Shown: piece by piece, positions 1 to 11,928 of the stretch
Numbering within the stretch: the first letter of the stretch is position 1
Layout of the letters: every line of letters starts with the position of its first letter
Assembly (NCBI GenBank): GCA_030704615.1
Contig: CM060731.1
Coordinates: forward strand, 61,628,001-61,692,000
DNA length: 64,000 bases
Direction of reading: 5' to 3'
Origin: Takakia lepidozioides
Lineage: Eukaryota > Plantae > Bryophyta
The notes under the pieces: model-generated
The model's database searches: none
What the model was told of the DNA's origin: nothing
The model's input: only the letters and a program-made list of their open reading frames with translations
Made by a program: the position numbers and the translations under genes

Positions 1-1483
1 CTTAAACCTAGCATTCGTATGCTTCGCTTCTCCTTAGCTGTGCTGGAGGTGGCTTGCTGGTGGCGATGGCGCAGAGTTACCTTCCCCAATCGCTCAAGGT
101 GCTTTTGGTGATTAGGGTCCCTTTTACTTCATGTCTTTCTCTCTTGTTTTTGGGGTTCTTAGTTGACATCGATGACAAGTGTAGGGGTCTGTGATTCACC
201 TGGGGTTCCACAATCCTCACTAACCCATTGGTTTTTGTGGGGGCTTGTGATGGGACCAGGTGAGGATCCCTACCTACTTTGAATTCTCTTGAGCTTGCAG
301 ATAAGGATATGTGCAAAAGGAACATACTGCTGCTGCCTGCAGCCCCGATTTTGGCCCGCTTGCTCCCGGGTTGACATGATGATGCGTGCTTTTGACCTAT
401 CTTTTGATGCTGCTGATGGAGCATTCCGGCCTGGCAGCTTTGTCTCATGCAGCACAACATGTGAATCTTACCCTGTCTTGAATCTTTGACAGCTTTGCCT
501 GTAGATTTTTAGACCATGTTCCTTTTTTGGCCTTAAAAGAGGATTGATGGTGTAAGGGTAAAGTCATCAATGGCTGTTTGGCCCTAAGGATGAGGAGGTC
601 TGGTTTTTGTTAAAGAAGACAGCCTGATAAGGCAATGACAGGCCGTTTTCAGACCTGGATTTGTTGTGGAATGGAGCATAGTGAGGTTCTATTTGCAAAA
701 GATGGCATTTGCCTCCTGTGAAACAGTGACGGTAAGCTCTAAAGGACTCTGGCCAATGATTAGTTACTTTATTTTGCCATATGAATAGCCACCTACATTG
801 TATGATGTATCTTGGCCAAGAGGACTTGGTCTTGGGCACTCAAATTGTATGTGTGTCCATATCTGGATGCTGTGACAGGGCAGACCTTTCTTCCATGCCA
901 AAATGCCTTACATGATGCATATCTTGGGGCAACTGTACATGATATAGAATGAAGTCGCAGTCACTCTTGTCATGCCCAAAGTTTTCACTTGGTTGCATGT
1001 TTGGAGTCTGATTTACTGCAGGCTCGGCCAGCAACAGTCCTATGTGCACAGGTCTTGAATATGTACAATGACAGGCTGTTCTTACATGCCTAGAAGGCCT
1101 TGCATGATGCATGCTTTGGGGTGCTTACATTTGGCCAAATGTGAAGCTGCAATATGGCTTGCCATGCCCAAGAAGTGTACTTGGTGGCAGGCCCGAAGTG
1201 TAATTAATTGCAGGTTGGTCCTTCCTGCTGCCGGGGTGAACACTCCTTGAATATGTTGTAGGGCAGGCTGTTCTTACCTACTTTGCATAATGCTTGTCTT
1301 GGATCACCTCAAGGTACTTGTGTATACATATCTTGGATCGGTAATGTGGCAAGATGTTCTTATATGCCCATGATATCTTGGATGGTGCATATCTTATGGA
1401 TAACTATGGATGATGCTACAATCTGACTTACATTGTGCAAAAAGGTCACTTTGGTACATGACAGGAATCTGATCATGAACATA

Positions 1484-1659
1484 CCTCGCCCTCCCACCCT
1501 GTTTTATCATGACTGAATGGGTGGCGTCACTTGGTGTGCTATGACAAGACTGGAAATGTTAGATGGTGCCCTGTCATGGGCTATTTATGTCTTTAATTGA
1601 CAATGACCCTACTTGGGTCTTGTCCATGTCTTGACATGACATGAGTATCCTCCCTCTCT
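1484..1659 (+). repeat. ~175-bp dispersed direct repeat, copy 1 (copy 2 at 2805-2980)
   Basis: Both copies share CGCCCTCCCACCCTGTTTT...TGACAAGACTGGAA...TTTATGTCTTTAATTGACAATGACCCT...GGGTCTTGTCCATGTCTTGACATGAC; spacing is ~1320 bp. Confidence 0.9.
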
Positions 1660-1699
1660 ACTGGGAATTGGCAGTTTGCTATCATCGTGGATTTCTTGT

Positions 1700-2005
1700 T
1701 TTTTCATCATCTATCGGCTTTTTCATCCATACCGGATGAGCCACCAGGATGGACATTGAATTACCTCTAAGATGGTTCTTTTGGCTTTTTCATTCCTCCT
1801 TTATTGACTCTCATCCATACCGGATGAGTCACCATGGAATGAAAAAAATTACCTCTACGGAGGTTGCCAACAACATCATGTTTTTCATCCATACCGGTTG
1901 AAAAACTACCAGGATAATAATTTTTTTCATTCCTCTTTCATTGACTCTTTTTATCCATACTGGATGGTCTGGTGAGGAATGATAAAATTACCTAGATGGA
2001 GGTAA
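1700..2005. repeat. Array of palindromic TCATCC-ATACC-GGATGA motifs, probably transposon subterminal-type repeats
   Basis: Copies at 1723, 1811, 1885 and 1951, interleaved with recurring AATTACCT and TTTTTCATTCCTC..ATTGACTCT blocks. Confidence 0.7.
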
Positions 2006-2804
2006 AACGCTGCCACGGATGGGCCTGTGGATTATTGAGCTAGGTTGTAAGTTCTTTCGGCCAAAGAGGATCTGGTTTTAGGTGGTATGTTTTTGGCGGT
2101 TTTGGGTCTCTATGGACATGGTGGCCTTGAATGATATGGCGGCAGCCTGATAATGCACCGACCTGCTCCTTTTCGGGCCTGTTTTTGATGAGTACTGGAT
2201 CATAGTGAGGTGTTCTTTGCATGCTTTAGCATGTAACTCTTGAAGGATGAGGATGGTAAGCTGCAATGGGATCCTACCTATAGTTTTGGCTTTGTCATGA
2301 CATCAGGCCTATGACTTGCAATCTGGTCTTTTTTATATGCAAAAGAGGCTGGATCTCGGTTGTTCAAGTTGCTTGTATGTACAAGTCTTGAACCTGCAAT
2401 TTGACAGGCTGAATTCACATTCCCTTGACACCTTATATGATCACATGTCTCGGGGTGAATATTTCATCATGCCCAAGTAGGACTGCTTGGTGACATATTG
2501 TGATTCTGACAAACTGCAGGCTGGTCCTTATGCCTTGGCTGATGCATGACCTGCCATAATTAATGGCTGAAAAGGTAAGCTGCTGCAACCCGTGGGTCAT
2601 GTCCAAGATGTATGTGTGAAAACGTGTCTTGAAATGGTAATAGGGTAGGCTGGACCATGGTACCTTGCCCTTTGCATGACCTCAGCACTTCTGTGCTCCT
2701 TCAATACATGACCTGCTGGTAAGGTATGTGTGCAGGCTGAACCAAGAGGCCTTGCAGCCTGCACAGGGGCAGCAAAATCTTATCTTGTCCAACACAAGAA
2801 CAAA

Positions 2805-2980
2805 CCCCGCCCTCCCACCCTGTTTTGTCTTGGATGATTGGGTGTTGTCATTTGGGATGATTTGACAAGACTGGAAGTGTGAGATAGTGCCCTATCAAGG
2901 GCTGTTTATGTCTTTAATTGACAATGACCCTTATGGGTCTTGTCCATGTCTTGACATGACGTGAATATCTTCCCACTCTC
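2805..2980 (+). repeat. ~175-bp dispersed direct repeat, copy 2
   Basis: Aligns to 1484-1659. Confidence 0.9.
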
Positions 2981-3664
2981 TTCCTTTTCCAGTGTACTTA
3001 GTGGTGTTTGTACACACTATCTACCATCCTTCCGTTCTTGTTATTTAATTACCAGTCTGACCTACTAACAAGGATTTTTATGGTCTGGCAGTTGGCCAAC
3101 ATATAAGTTCCTGTGTTGGAGGGGTGTACATCAAGTTCGCTTTGGGGCTTCAGTCCCTGGCCTCCACTTTTTCCAGCAATGCAAACTACCACTAGTCACG
3201 GCAAGTGACTTCAAGTACCAATATGCAAAGGTTGGACTCTGGAGTTTTGGAGGATTCTGAGAATCTCAACATACCGGAGGAAGGTTGCAGGCTGATTGAG
3301 ACCCACGCCCATGGCAGGAAATTCATAACTTATGCGGCGAAGCCTACCCCCTTGGGATTCATACATATGCTATACCCAAACCGAGGTATGGAATGGATCA
3401 GCCCTAAGAACCTGATTAAGGAAACTCTGGTGACTCATGCACAACTAGACCTGGCTCTCCTTGTTGATGAGATTATCTTTGGATGGACCTATCATAAACA
3501 ATACAGCACTGAATTTTACCAGCCTGCTGTTGTTTTTCGAGACTTCAACTAATTCATGCAAGATCTGATTATGTCCTCTAGTTGTCCCTCAGGAGGTAAG
3601 ACATCAGACTCCAGAAATGTAAGCAAGTCATCACTAAGAGCTAGAGTACGGAGTTTATCTTGAC

Positions 3665-6600
3665 TGTCCAAGGAAAATGTGGCTCAAACTTTGTGAGCAT
3701 TATGAAGTCAAGTCTATCTCCAGGAAGTTGCTAATCCGAAACCGTCTTGCTAACCTCAAAATGGAAGAAGGAACGACCATGGAATCATTCATGGAAATGG
3801 TGTCTGATCTTGTGAGCCAGCTTGCAGGATGTGGTGAGAAGATTGACGATACAATGCTGGTCGAAATGGTGCTTAACAGCTTACCCGAGAGTTACGACTA
3901 CTATGTGCAAGCAGTGGCAAGCCAAAAGGACCTACCAACCATGGACGAGCTCACTGCCAAACTGCTCCAGGAAGAAAATCGCAGAGAGCTAAGAGGCCGG
4001 CAACAGAAAGACACATAAGCTCTTTTCGTCAAGTTTCAAAAGATGGGGGCTCCCGGCAGACGTTTTGGTAACAAACGAGCTTTTGGACACACATCCCATG
4101 ACAAGAAGACATCAACCTGCAATCGATGTGGAAAGATCGGTCACTGGGCGAAGGATTGTGCAGTTCCATATGACGAAGTACTCAAACTTCGTGCACATCT
4201 GCAAGCCCATCTTGTTGAGGAGAACAGTGATAGTGAGTACAATGATGCAGCCGATGACATTGAAGTAGCTTTAGCGGCAGTAGAAATAGCAGACGAAGAT
4301 GAGGCCCTCTGTGCTGAGATCACCGAAGCAGAGTGGATTGTTAACTCTGGTGCTTCGAGACATATCACTGGAAATCCAGATCTGGTGCATGATGTAAGTA
4401 GCATCAGGAAGCTCACAACACAATGTTAGCTCTGCCGGTGGGCATGCACACACTGTTCTTGGCAAAGGCCATGCCAAGGTAAACATGAACGGATCAATAA
4501 CGAAGATATCTAATGTTCTTTACGTACCGAGTCTGAAGCGGAATCTATTTTCAGTCTGGAGCAATCTGTGATAGTGGTCACCTGGCTATCTTTGACAATA
4601 GAAAATGTTTGTTTGTAGATAAAAATAACACTAAGAGAATAGTAGCACAGGGATCTAGAAATAGGAGAAATGGCTTATATAATTTAGACACCAGCAGCTT
4701 TGTCAATTCTCTAGATTCCAGTAGAAAGATAGAAGCAAATGCATGTGAAGATATGCCTCAAATAGATCATGGTAGAGTCGCTAGACTCTGGCATAGCGAC
4801 TAGGACACTTAAATTTTCAAGGCCTTCACAGAATGTCCACACAACAAAGAGCAATAGGCTTACCTCATCTACCCCTCCTCGTAGAATCTTGCAGAGGCTG
4901 CTTGCTCGGTAAGCACCAACGAAAACAATTTTCGAAGAAAGCAGAACACAAGGCTACTGAAGTCCTTGAGCTGCTGCACATAGACCTTTGTGGACCGCTG
5001 CAAGTCCCATCTCTCTCAGGATCAAAATATTTCATGGCCATAACCGACGATTTTAGTCGATATACGTGGGTATATTTTCTGAGAAGAAATGACGAAGCAC
5101 TGCAGAAGTTCAAGATCTTCCGACAGATGATAGAAAATGCTACAGGGAAGACGATAAAGTGCTTACGCTCAGACCGTGGAGGCGAGTTTTTGTCTCACGA
5201 ATTTAGTGCTTACTTGCAGTCCCATGGGATTACACGACAGCTGACACAGCCTAGAACACCACAACAAAATGGTGTTTCCGAGCGCAAGAACCGCATGTTA
5301 CTAGAGAGAGCAAGAAGTATGGTTCTGGAGGCGGATCTTCCCAAATACTTGTGGTCAGAAGCTGTCAACACAGCTGCATATCTTCTCAATCGAAGTCCAT
5401 CATCTGCCAATGAAGGAATGACACCCTATGAAAAAATTTCAGGTATCAAACCCCGCTTATCTCATCTTAAGATATTTGGCAGCAAATCTTATGTTCGTGT
5501 TGACCAACAATACAGAGGAAAACTAGATGCTAAGTCAATAGTTTGCATGCTAGTGGGTTATGATACAGAAACCGAGGCGTACAGACTGTTCAATCCCACT
5601 ACTAGAAAAGTTTTTGTTAGTAGAGATGTTATATTCATTGAGAGGATTCCTGCACAAAGAGATATCCTTATATCAGAGAGACATTCAGTTTCACTCCAAG
5701 AGCAACATGAAGTAGACGATGTTGTGGTTCCAGACAATGTTGAGGTTCCACCCGTACATGTTGAGGTACCCAAACCCCTATCTCCCCGTGCTATTGATAT
5801 ACATGTTGACCTTGATATCGACTCTGAGAACAATCTGCCGATTGAGAGGGAATTACCTGTAGCTCATGTCAAGCTAGCACCTGAGCTACCAGCTCAACCT
5901 GATCCAGAACAAGAAATTCAACGTCAATAAAGGAGGATTCGACGACGGCCACAACTTCATGATGACTATGTCAACATTGCCGAGATCAATGAACCTGAGA
6001 GCTTCCATGAAGCTTCAGATTGCAGGGTGGCAAGATGCAATGCATTCCGAAATGGATTCAATTGCGAAGAACCAGACCTAGGAGCTGGTTGATTTGCCCT
6101 CTGGGAAAACCCCAATCACTTCGAAATGGGTGTATAAAGTGAAGCAAAAGGCTGATGGCTCACCTGATAAGTTGAAAGCGCGCCTTGTTGCAAGAGGTTT
6201 CCAGTAGAAAGAAGGCATAGACTATGACGAAACATTCGCTCCAGTTGTCAAATGGGCGACTATCCGCTCTCTTGTTGCCCTTGCAGCTCACATGGACTGG
6301 GAAATTGTTCACATGGACGTCAAAACGACATTCTTGAACGGGGATTTGTTCGAAGAGGTTTACATGCGACAGCTTGAGGGCTTCTCCAAGCTTGGCCATG
6401 AGACGAAGGTCTGTAGACTTTTGAAGGCCTTATACGGTCTTAAGTAAGCGCCGAGAGCATGGTATGCTAAAATTGACTCTTTTATCAAGACTCAAGGTCT
6501 TCACAGATCTAATGCTGACTACAACCTCTACTATTTCAAGGAAGATGATAAAATTGTTTTGTTAATTCTTTATGTAGATGACCTCTTGCTGACTGGCAAT

Positions 6601-7563
6601 CACAATGTGAAAATCGCTTGTCTGCGCCAGCAACTCAAGCAAGCATTTGATATGACCAATCTAGGCCTCATCACGCTGTACCTTGGAGCTGAATTTCTTC
6701 ACCTTGAGAAGGCATCATGATCACGCAGAGGGGGTATATTAAAAAAATGCTTGAGGAGTTTGGGTTTTCTGATTGCAATCCTCACATTCTTCCCATGATC
6801 GAGAACCTTAAACTTTCTATGGATATGGGCACTGCACCTTCTGATCAAACTCTATACAGGAGGAAAGTTGGCAAGCTAGTATACTTGACAAACACAAGAC
6901 CTAATCTTGTGTATCCTGTCGGAGCAGTGAGTAGGTACATGGAGTCGCCACAAACAGCTCACATGGATGTTGTTGATCACATTCTTCGATATGTGGCTGG
7001 AATAGTTGACTACGGGCTGTTATACAAGAGAGGAGTGAACATCGCTTTAAGTGGTTTCACAGATGCCGACTGGGCTGGCGATAATGATAGTCGACACTCA
7101 ACCTCAGGTTATGTCTTCAGAATGGGTGATGGTGCAGTAACTTGGAGTTCGAAGAAGCAACCTACCGTTGCATTGTCCTCAACAGAAGTCGAGTATCGTG
7201 CACTCACCAAGGGTGCTAAGGAGACAGTTTGGTTGAGAAGACTCTGTAAAGAACTCGGAATTTTAGAGGATGGTCCTACTGTTATAAGCTGTGACAATTA
7301 GAGTAGCGCAAAAATTGCTCACAACCCAGTATTTCACGCTCGTACGAAACATATCGAGGTTCATTACCATTATATTTGTGAGAAAGTGGAAAGCGAAGAA
7401 GTCGACTTGGTGCATGTTGCGTCACAAGAACAAGTTGCAGATATTATGACTAAACCTCTTGACAGACAGAAATTCGAGAAATTTAGAGCAGCTCTAGGTG
7501 TTTGCAATCTTTCGAAACTGAAGTGCAGAACCCTAGAAGAAAAATGTTGATATTGAGAGGGGG
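3665..7563 (+). mobile_element. Ty1/Copia LTR retrotransposon internal region, 5'-truncated and disrupted (gag-PR-INT-RT-RH)
   Basis: UBN2-type gag (LANLKMEEG, LNSLPESY), zinc knuckle CNRCGKIGHWAKDC, protease WIVNSGASRH (catalytic D to N), integrase HIDLCGP/TDDFSRY/RSDRGGEF/QQNGVSER, RT YVDD (~6570), RNase H GFTDADWAGD and TKHIEV, in Copia domain order; many stops and frameshifts; PPT TGAGAGGGGG at 7554-7563. Confidence 0.95.
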
Positions 7564-7860
7564 TGTTAGATTTAGAAAGCTATATCAACATGGTCCCACT
7601 AGGGTGACACCCTGCTTGCTTTATCTCTTCATTAAGTAAGAGTCATGGAGTTGGTAAGCATTAGCTGAATTCCAGCTAATCGGGTTTAGTGCCACCTACC
7701 GGCAATCAATGCTAGCTCTTAGATAAATAGGGAACCCGTTAAGGGTACTGTATTCCTGATGTTCCTCCTTAGTAAAGTATTCCAGTATGCTGAATCTATC
7801 TTCGTAACTGATTTTTTGGGGTGAACTAGCTCTGGTGAGGGTCCAGAAATCGGCTATCCG
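7564..7860 (+). repeat. Putative 3' LTR of the first Copia element (right boundary uncertain)
   Basis: Begins TGTTAG immediately after the polypurine tract; no 5' LTR is present in the window to define the end. Confidence 0.5.
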
Positions 7861-8064
7861 TGAAATATCCCTAGTTGGATTGTTGGATTGTCATGCTTCT
7901 TGCCAAAGATATTTCTTGGGGATGGATCAAAAGTAGCAGGGTTTCAGACAATGAATAGTAGCCATTAAATTAAAAAAATGAATCCCCAACGTGAACACTC
8001 ATGGGAGCTAGGAAACTATAGAACTTCCTAGTAAATCTTCAAGAGGAAAAGATCCAATCTCAAC

Positions 8065-8369
8065 TTGCCAGCCCACCAAGTTGAGAAGAATAAAAGATCT
8101 CAGGGTATGACCTTGCGGCAAAATCTCGTCCGCGGCCTAAGTATGTACCTCGCCATCGCATTTTCTCTTTCATAACAAAGAGTTGAAAAGAAATCAACGC
8201 CTTGGTATCCTAGTTGGCTTTCCAGTTTTGTACAAAGCAGCCAATTCTTTGATATTCACAGAAACGACGTTGGTGTGAAATCTTTTTGCAGCACTTTGCC
8301 CTATCACTTGAAAGCAGGTTTCTCGACCAGACCTCGGACAACGTCTTTGATTTCATTCTGTGGATCATT
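8065..8369 (-). pseudogene. Decayed paralogue of exon 1 of the NTF2-like gene at 11014-11928
   Basis: Manual minus-strand translation gives NDPQNEIKDVVRGLVEKPAFK**GKVLQKDFT...IKELAALYKTG...GYQGVDF...ENAMA...LRSFILLNLV, versus ENPKKEIKDVVRGLVCNPTLKQQAEVIQKYFT...MKNLTTIYHIG...RYQDVDF...ENAMA...LRIFVLLKLV in the intact gene; stops, frameshifts and a deletion are present. Confidence 0.88.
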
Positions 8370-11013
8370 GTATTGAACATCACCTCTTGTAGATTGCATG
8401 TACCGAGAGAATCTTGACAAAAAGGTCCAAAATTTTATTGACAAATAACCCGATATTGGGTGCCCGTAAGTTGCGGATTGCAAGAACTAGATCTAGATAT
8501 GCTAGAGAGGAGACCACTAAAAAAGTAAAACCACCTTGTAGTCTACGTCACAGACATGCAACAACCTCCCAGAAATCTTAATGTGAAGGAAACCTCCGAC
8601 ACTACGTAGAGAGAGACACACTAGCAAATCAATATTTTAATTTAGATATATGATTAGCATTTGATCCCATTGCCTCCCGCTCATGTAACCATCCTCCTCA
8701 CTTGCATATACCCACTCATTTCTCTTCAGTTATAGGCGAGCAATTAGCTCACATCAGAATTATACTTACCTCTACAGCACTTTATTATATCGACCCTCCA
8801 GGATTCTTGGTAGGAAGTTTAGATCGAAATTGAACTACACTCCAACCGCAACAAATTAATTGCGTTGTACAGGGTGGTATCCGCCAATTTTTACACACCA
8901 ACACGTGTTGTTGGAGCGGGATTCCATGACTTTGTGGATACAAATTTCAGCGAGGGTACAAAAATCATTACATCGCACACGCATTCACAGTGCGGGGTGT
9001 GGTGTGAATTGGAACATGTCAAGTCCCAGATTCTTTATCTAATGTATGCGACGGTGACAAAGGTGTGCAACCAGGTTTACATGCATGTTAGACTAGTCGA
9101 TTGATGTGTTGTCATGTGGATTTTGTAGATCTCGCGCCCCTTGCCATAACTTTCTTGATCTTGGTCCGATTAAAGGGACCACAAAAGGGAAGATTGCAGT
9201 CCAGATTGAGGGCTTTCTAGAACTTTATAGGCCAAAAGGGTGACTCAATGCCCAAAATCTCTGAAGTCTCTGCACACAGACACCCTTGGCAAGTTATAGA
9301 CTCGGTACCCCAAAAGCTTGCCCAAAAATTCTGAACATTTAGGGATCGAGACTGTACATTTCACTTTTGTTATACAAAGGGCTCCTTGACCAGTATGGAG
9401 CTTAATATGTGGTAAGTTTGGCGCAAAATTTTGCTTTCCCAAAATTTGGGGCTTCCTGGTATGTGAATGTTTGTTGAGGATCTCATCTGGTAATTAATTA
9501 AAATATTATTTAAATATCTAAGAGTCAGAGATCATCAGTTTACCCTCACGGACAAGATTTCAGTCTCTTAATGTGGAAGGATAGACAGATTTCGTTGGAT
9601 CGAACCGGCTACTACAAGGCAATGCACAACATGGAAGGTGGATCCTTCGAATATTTCATATTTCTTCTTCCGTGACGAGGCAGCAAGAAGTTTCCTACAT
9701 CATTGTCTTCAAAGGAAAGCAATCTACAGTGAAAATTGGAGTTATTGGTTTGTAGATTCACGTATTATGTTCGACTAATCTTTTTATTATATTACAAGTT
9801 AATATTCCTATTGTATTCTATGTATTCAATGATCTATTTTCTACTATATATTTGTACTACACAGAAAACTATGATATTTTTGGCATAAAATTGGAAACTT
9901 GTTTCATGTTTCTTTTCATTTTTCATACCAGATGTATACTATCATACTATGTCATGTAAGCTCAAACTGTTACCTACCAGATATGTAAGACCAAAGAGTA
10001 GAAACAGACTTGTTTTGAGGGTACAGGTGCAGAAAACATTTGATATTGTTTCTCATTCTCATTATCATCAACTAGGAACAATCAATACTCATCCTCTAAA
10101 ATCTCACCTTTGAAGCACCAAATGAAGAATTGACTCACTTGTGCCTACCCTACTAGTAACTCCAATTATATGACATTTGTGTCTGAGATAGACTAATAGA
10201 CAACAACCTCTGAGTATGATACCCACATAATGTGCGTTACGGATCTGCAAAGAAAGCTGAAGAGAAACTAGAACCTGTGAGGTAGGTCCTTAATTCTAGA
10301 TCAAGTTTGAAGCTTCCTTATGCTCTTTGCCACACCCAATAAACACATAGATATTAATGTGTTGGGTCACTGACTTGAGGGCACCTACTAAGTATTATTT
10401 CATGAAACAAATAACAAAATTTCTATCCCAATATTCATGGCAAAACATATTACATCAATATGCACAACACAGTTTAAAAAAAAAAGAAGAACAGTTTTTT
10501 TAAAACAGTTCTACTTACAAAATAAATAAAATTAGAGTCCCAAATCTTGAGGAGGGTTATTTTTTAAGGTCCAACGAAGAGTGTGTGTGAGCAGCAACTA
10601 CTGGCAGGCTAGAAACTGAGCACCCCGGAGCAGTTGGGTTTTATACATGTGAGATTACTTCTCGCAGTAGTGGCAAGCCCTCAAGAATGGGACACCATGT
10701 ACTGTACCCTCTTCTACTCTGTTTCCTTTCTATCTACATCCATGAATCAGCTCTATCAGGCCGCTGATCCCTGGGAATGGCTGAGCCCTCAAACGTCAAG
10801 GCATGTACAGTCACAGGTCTAGGATCAGTCTCGAGAAAAACTGGTGTTGAGAATTTGTAAGAAATAGCTCCATGACCATCCCTGCCGACTCCAGTGAGCG
10901 GCTCGTCACCACAGTTAGGATCAGTCTCCCGACCCAGAGACTTCCTTTTGAAGTTCACTATCCCGTGACTTGAGAGTGATCGCCAAAGGAGGAGGATGGA
11001 GATCATGCCATAC

Positions 11014-11928
11014 CTAGTCCATTCCCACACCCATAAACGCACTTTTTTTGAGGACGGGGGCGAATGTGTCCAACACTTGACGAATAACCTCAAAACCCGC
11101 TGTCATCACTCTTCCAGCCACATATCGAATTGCATCCGAATCGTAGATCTGGCCAATGACAGGTATCATCTGGAAAACCGGGGCGCGCTCGAAGTAGTCC
11201 CACTGCTCTTTGATTTTCTTCACGGTCCTTCCTCCCTGCCCAACAAACCACATAAAGCTTGAGTAAGCGATGGATCAAGTTTTATGATCGCTACGAGAAA
11301 ATTGAGGTGCAAGTATCTGTCTAGATGTAAAGTACTGTACCAAGGATCAATTCCTTAATCTCAATGCATCTAAGAATGTTTCCATACACTCAGTCACGTA
11401 CCAGTGTCATTTGCTGCTCATGTGCTTCCTTATTTCGCTTCGGATGATTGTAGTCATGGACGATGAGGTACACTTATTACAATGAATTCTCACTTCTTCC
11501 AACCATGACATGAGAAAAAATTTATTGTATCTATGAAGTCATGACAACTACTGATACTTTTCCGGGCAGTGCGAGGGTCAGACCTCTTGGACGTCCACAA
11601 GCTTAAGGAGAACAAAAATTCTCAGAGAAACGATACGCCAGAACTGAAGCACCGGTTTTGTGTGAACAAGCATCTGAAGCGCCATGGCATTTTCTGTCTC
11701 ATCATAAAGGATTGTTAGGAAATCGACGTCCTGGTAACGAAAGAGGATCTCCCCAATGTGGTAGATGGTCGTTAAATTTTTCATACCACCATCGTAGTTG
11801 ATGTAGATATGGCGAAACTGGACGTCTTGCGTGAAGTATTTTTGGATCACTTCGGCCTGTTGCTTTAGAGTGGGATTGCACACCAGCCCCCGAACGACGT
11901 CCTTGATTTCCTTTTTGGGATTCTCCAT
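11014..11928 (-). CDS. NTF2/SnoaL-like fold protein, ~188 aa, two exons: 11928-11584 and 11235-11014
   Basis: GT donor after ...VDVQE (11583) and CAG acceptor before GGRTVKK (11236), phase 0. Motifs KYFTQDVQFRH and KKIKEQWDY are typical NTF2-like strand signatures. The N-terminus MENPKKEI resembles a fungal NTF2-like family (from recall). Confidence 0.8.

Noticed and set aside
1723-1967. CRISPR-like array of palindromic repeats
   Set aside because: The spacers are themselves repetitive and uneven, the context is eukaryotic, and there are no cas genes.
8868-9460. Possible Tc1/mariner-type terminus TACAGGGTGG
   Set aside because: No matching inverted end was found.
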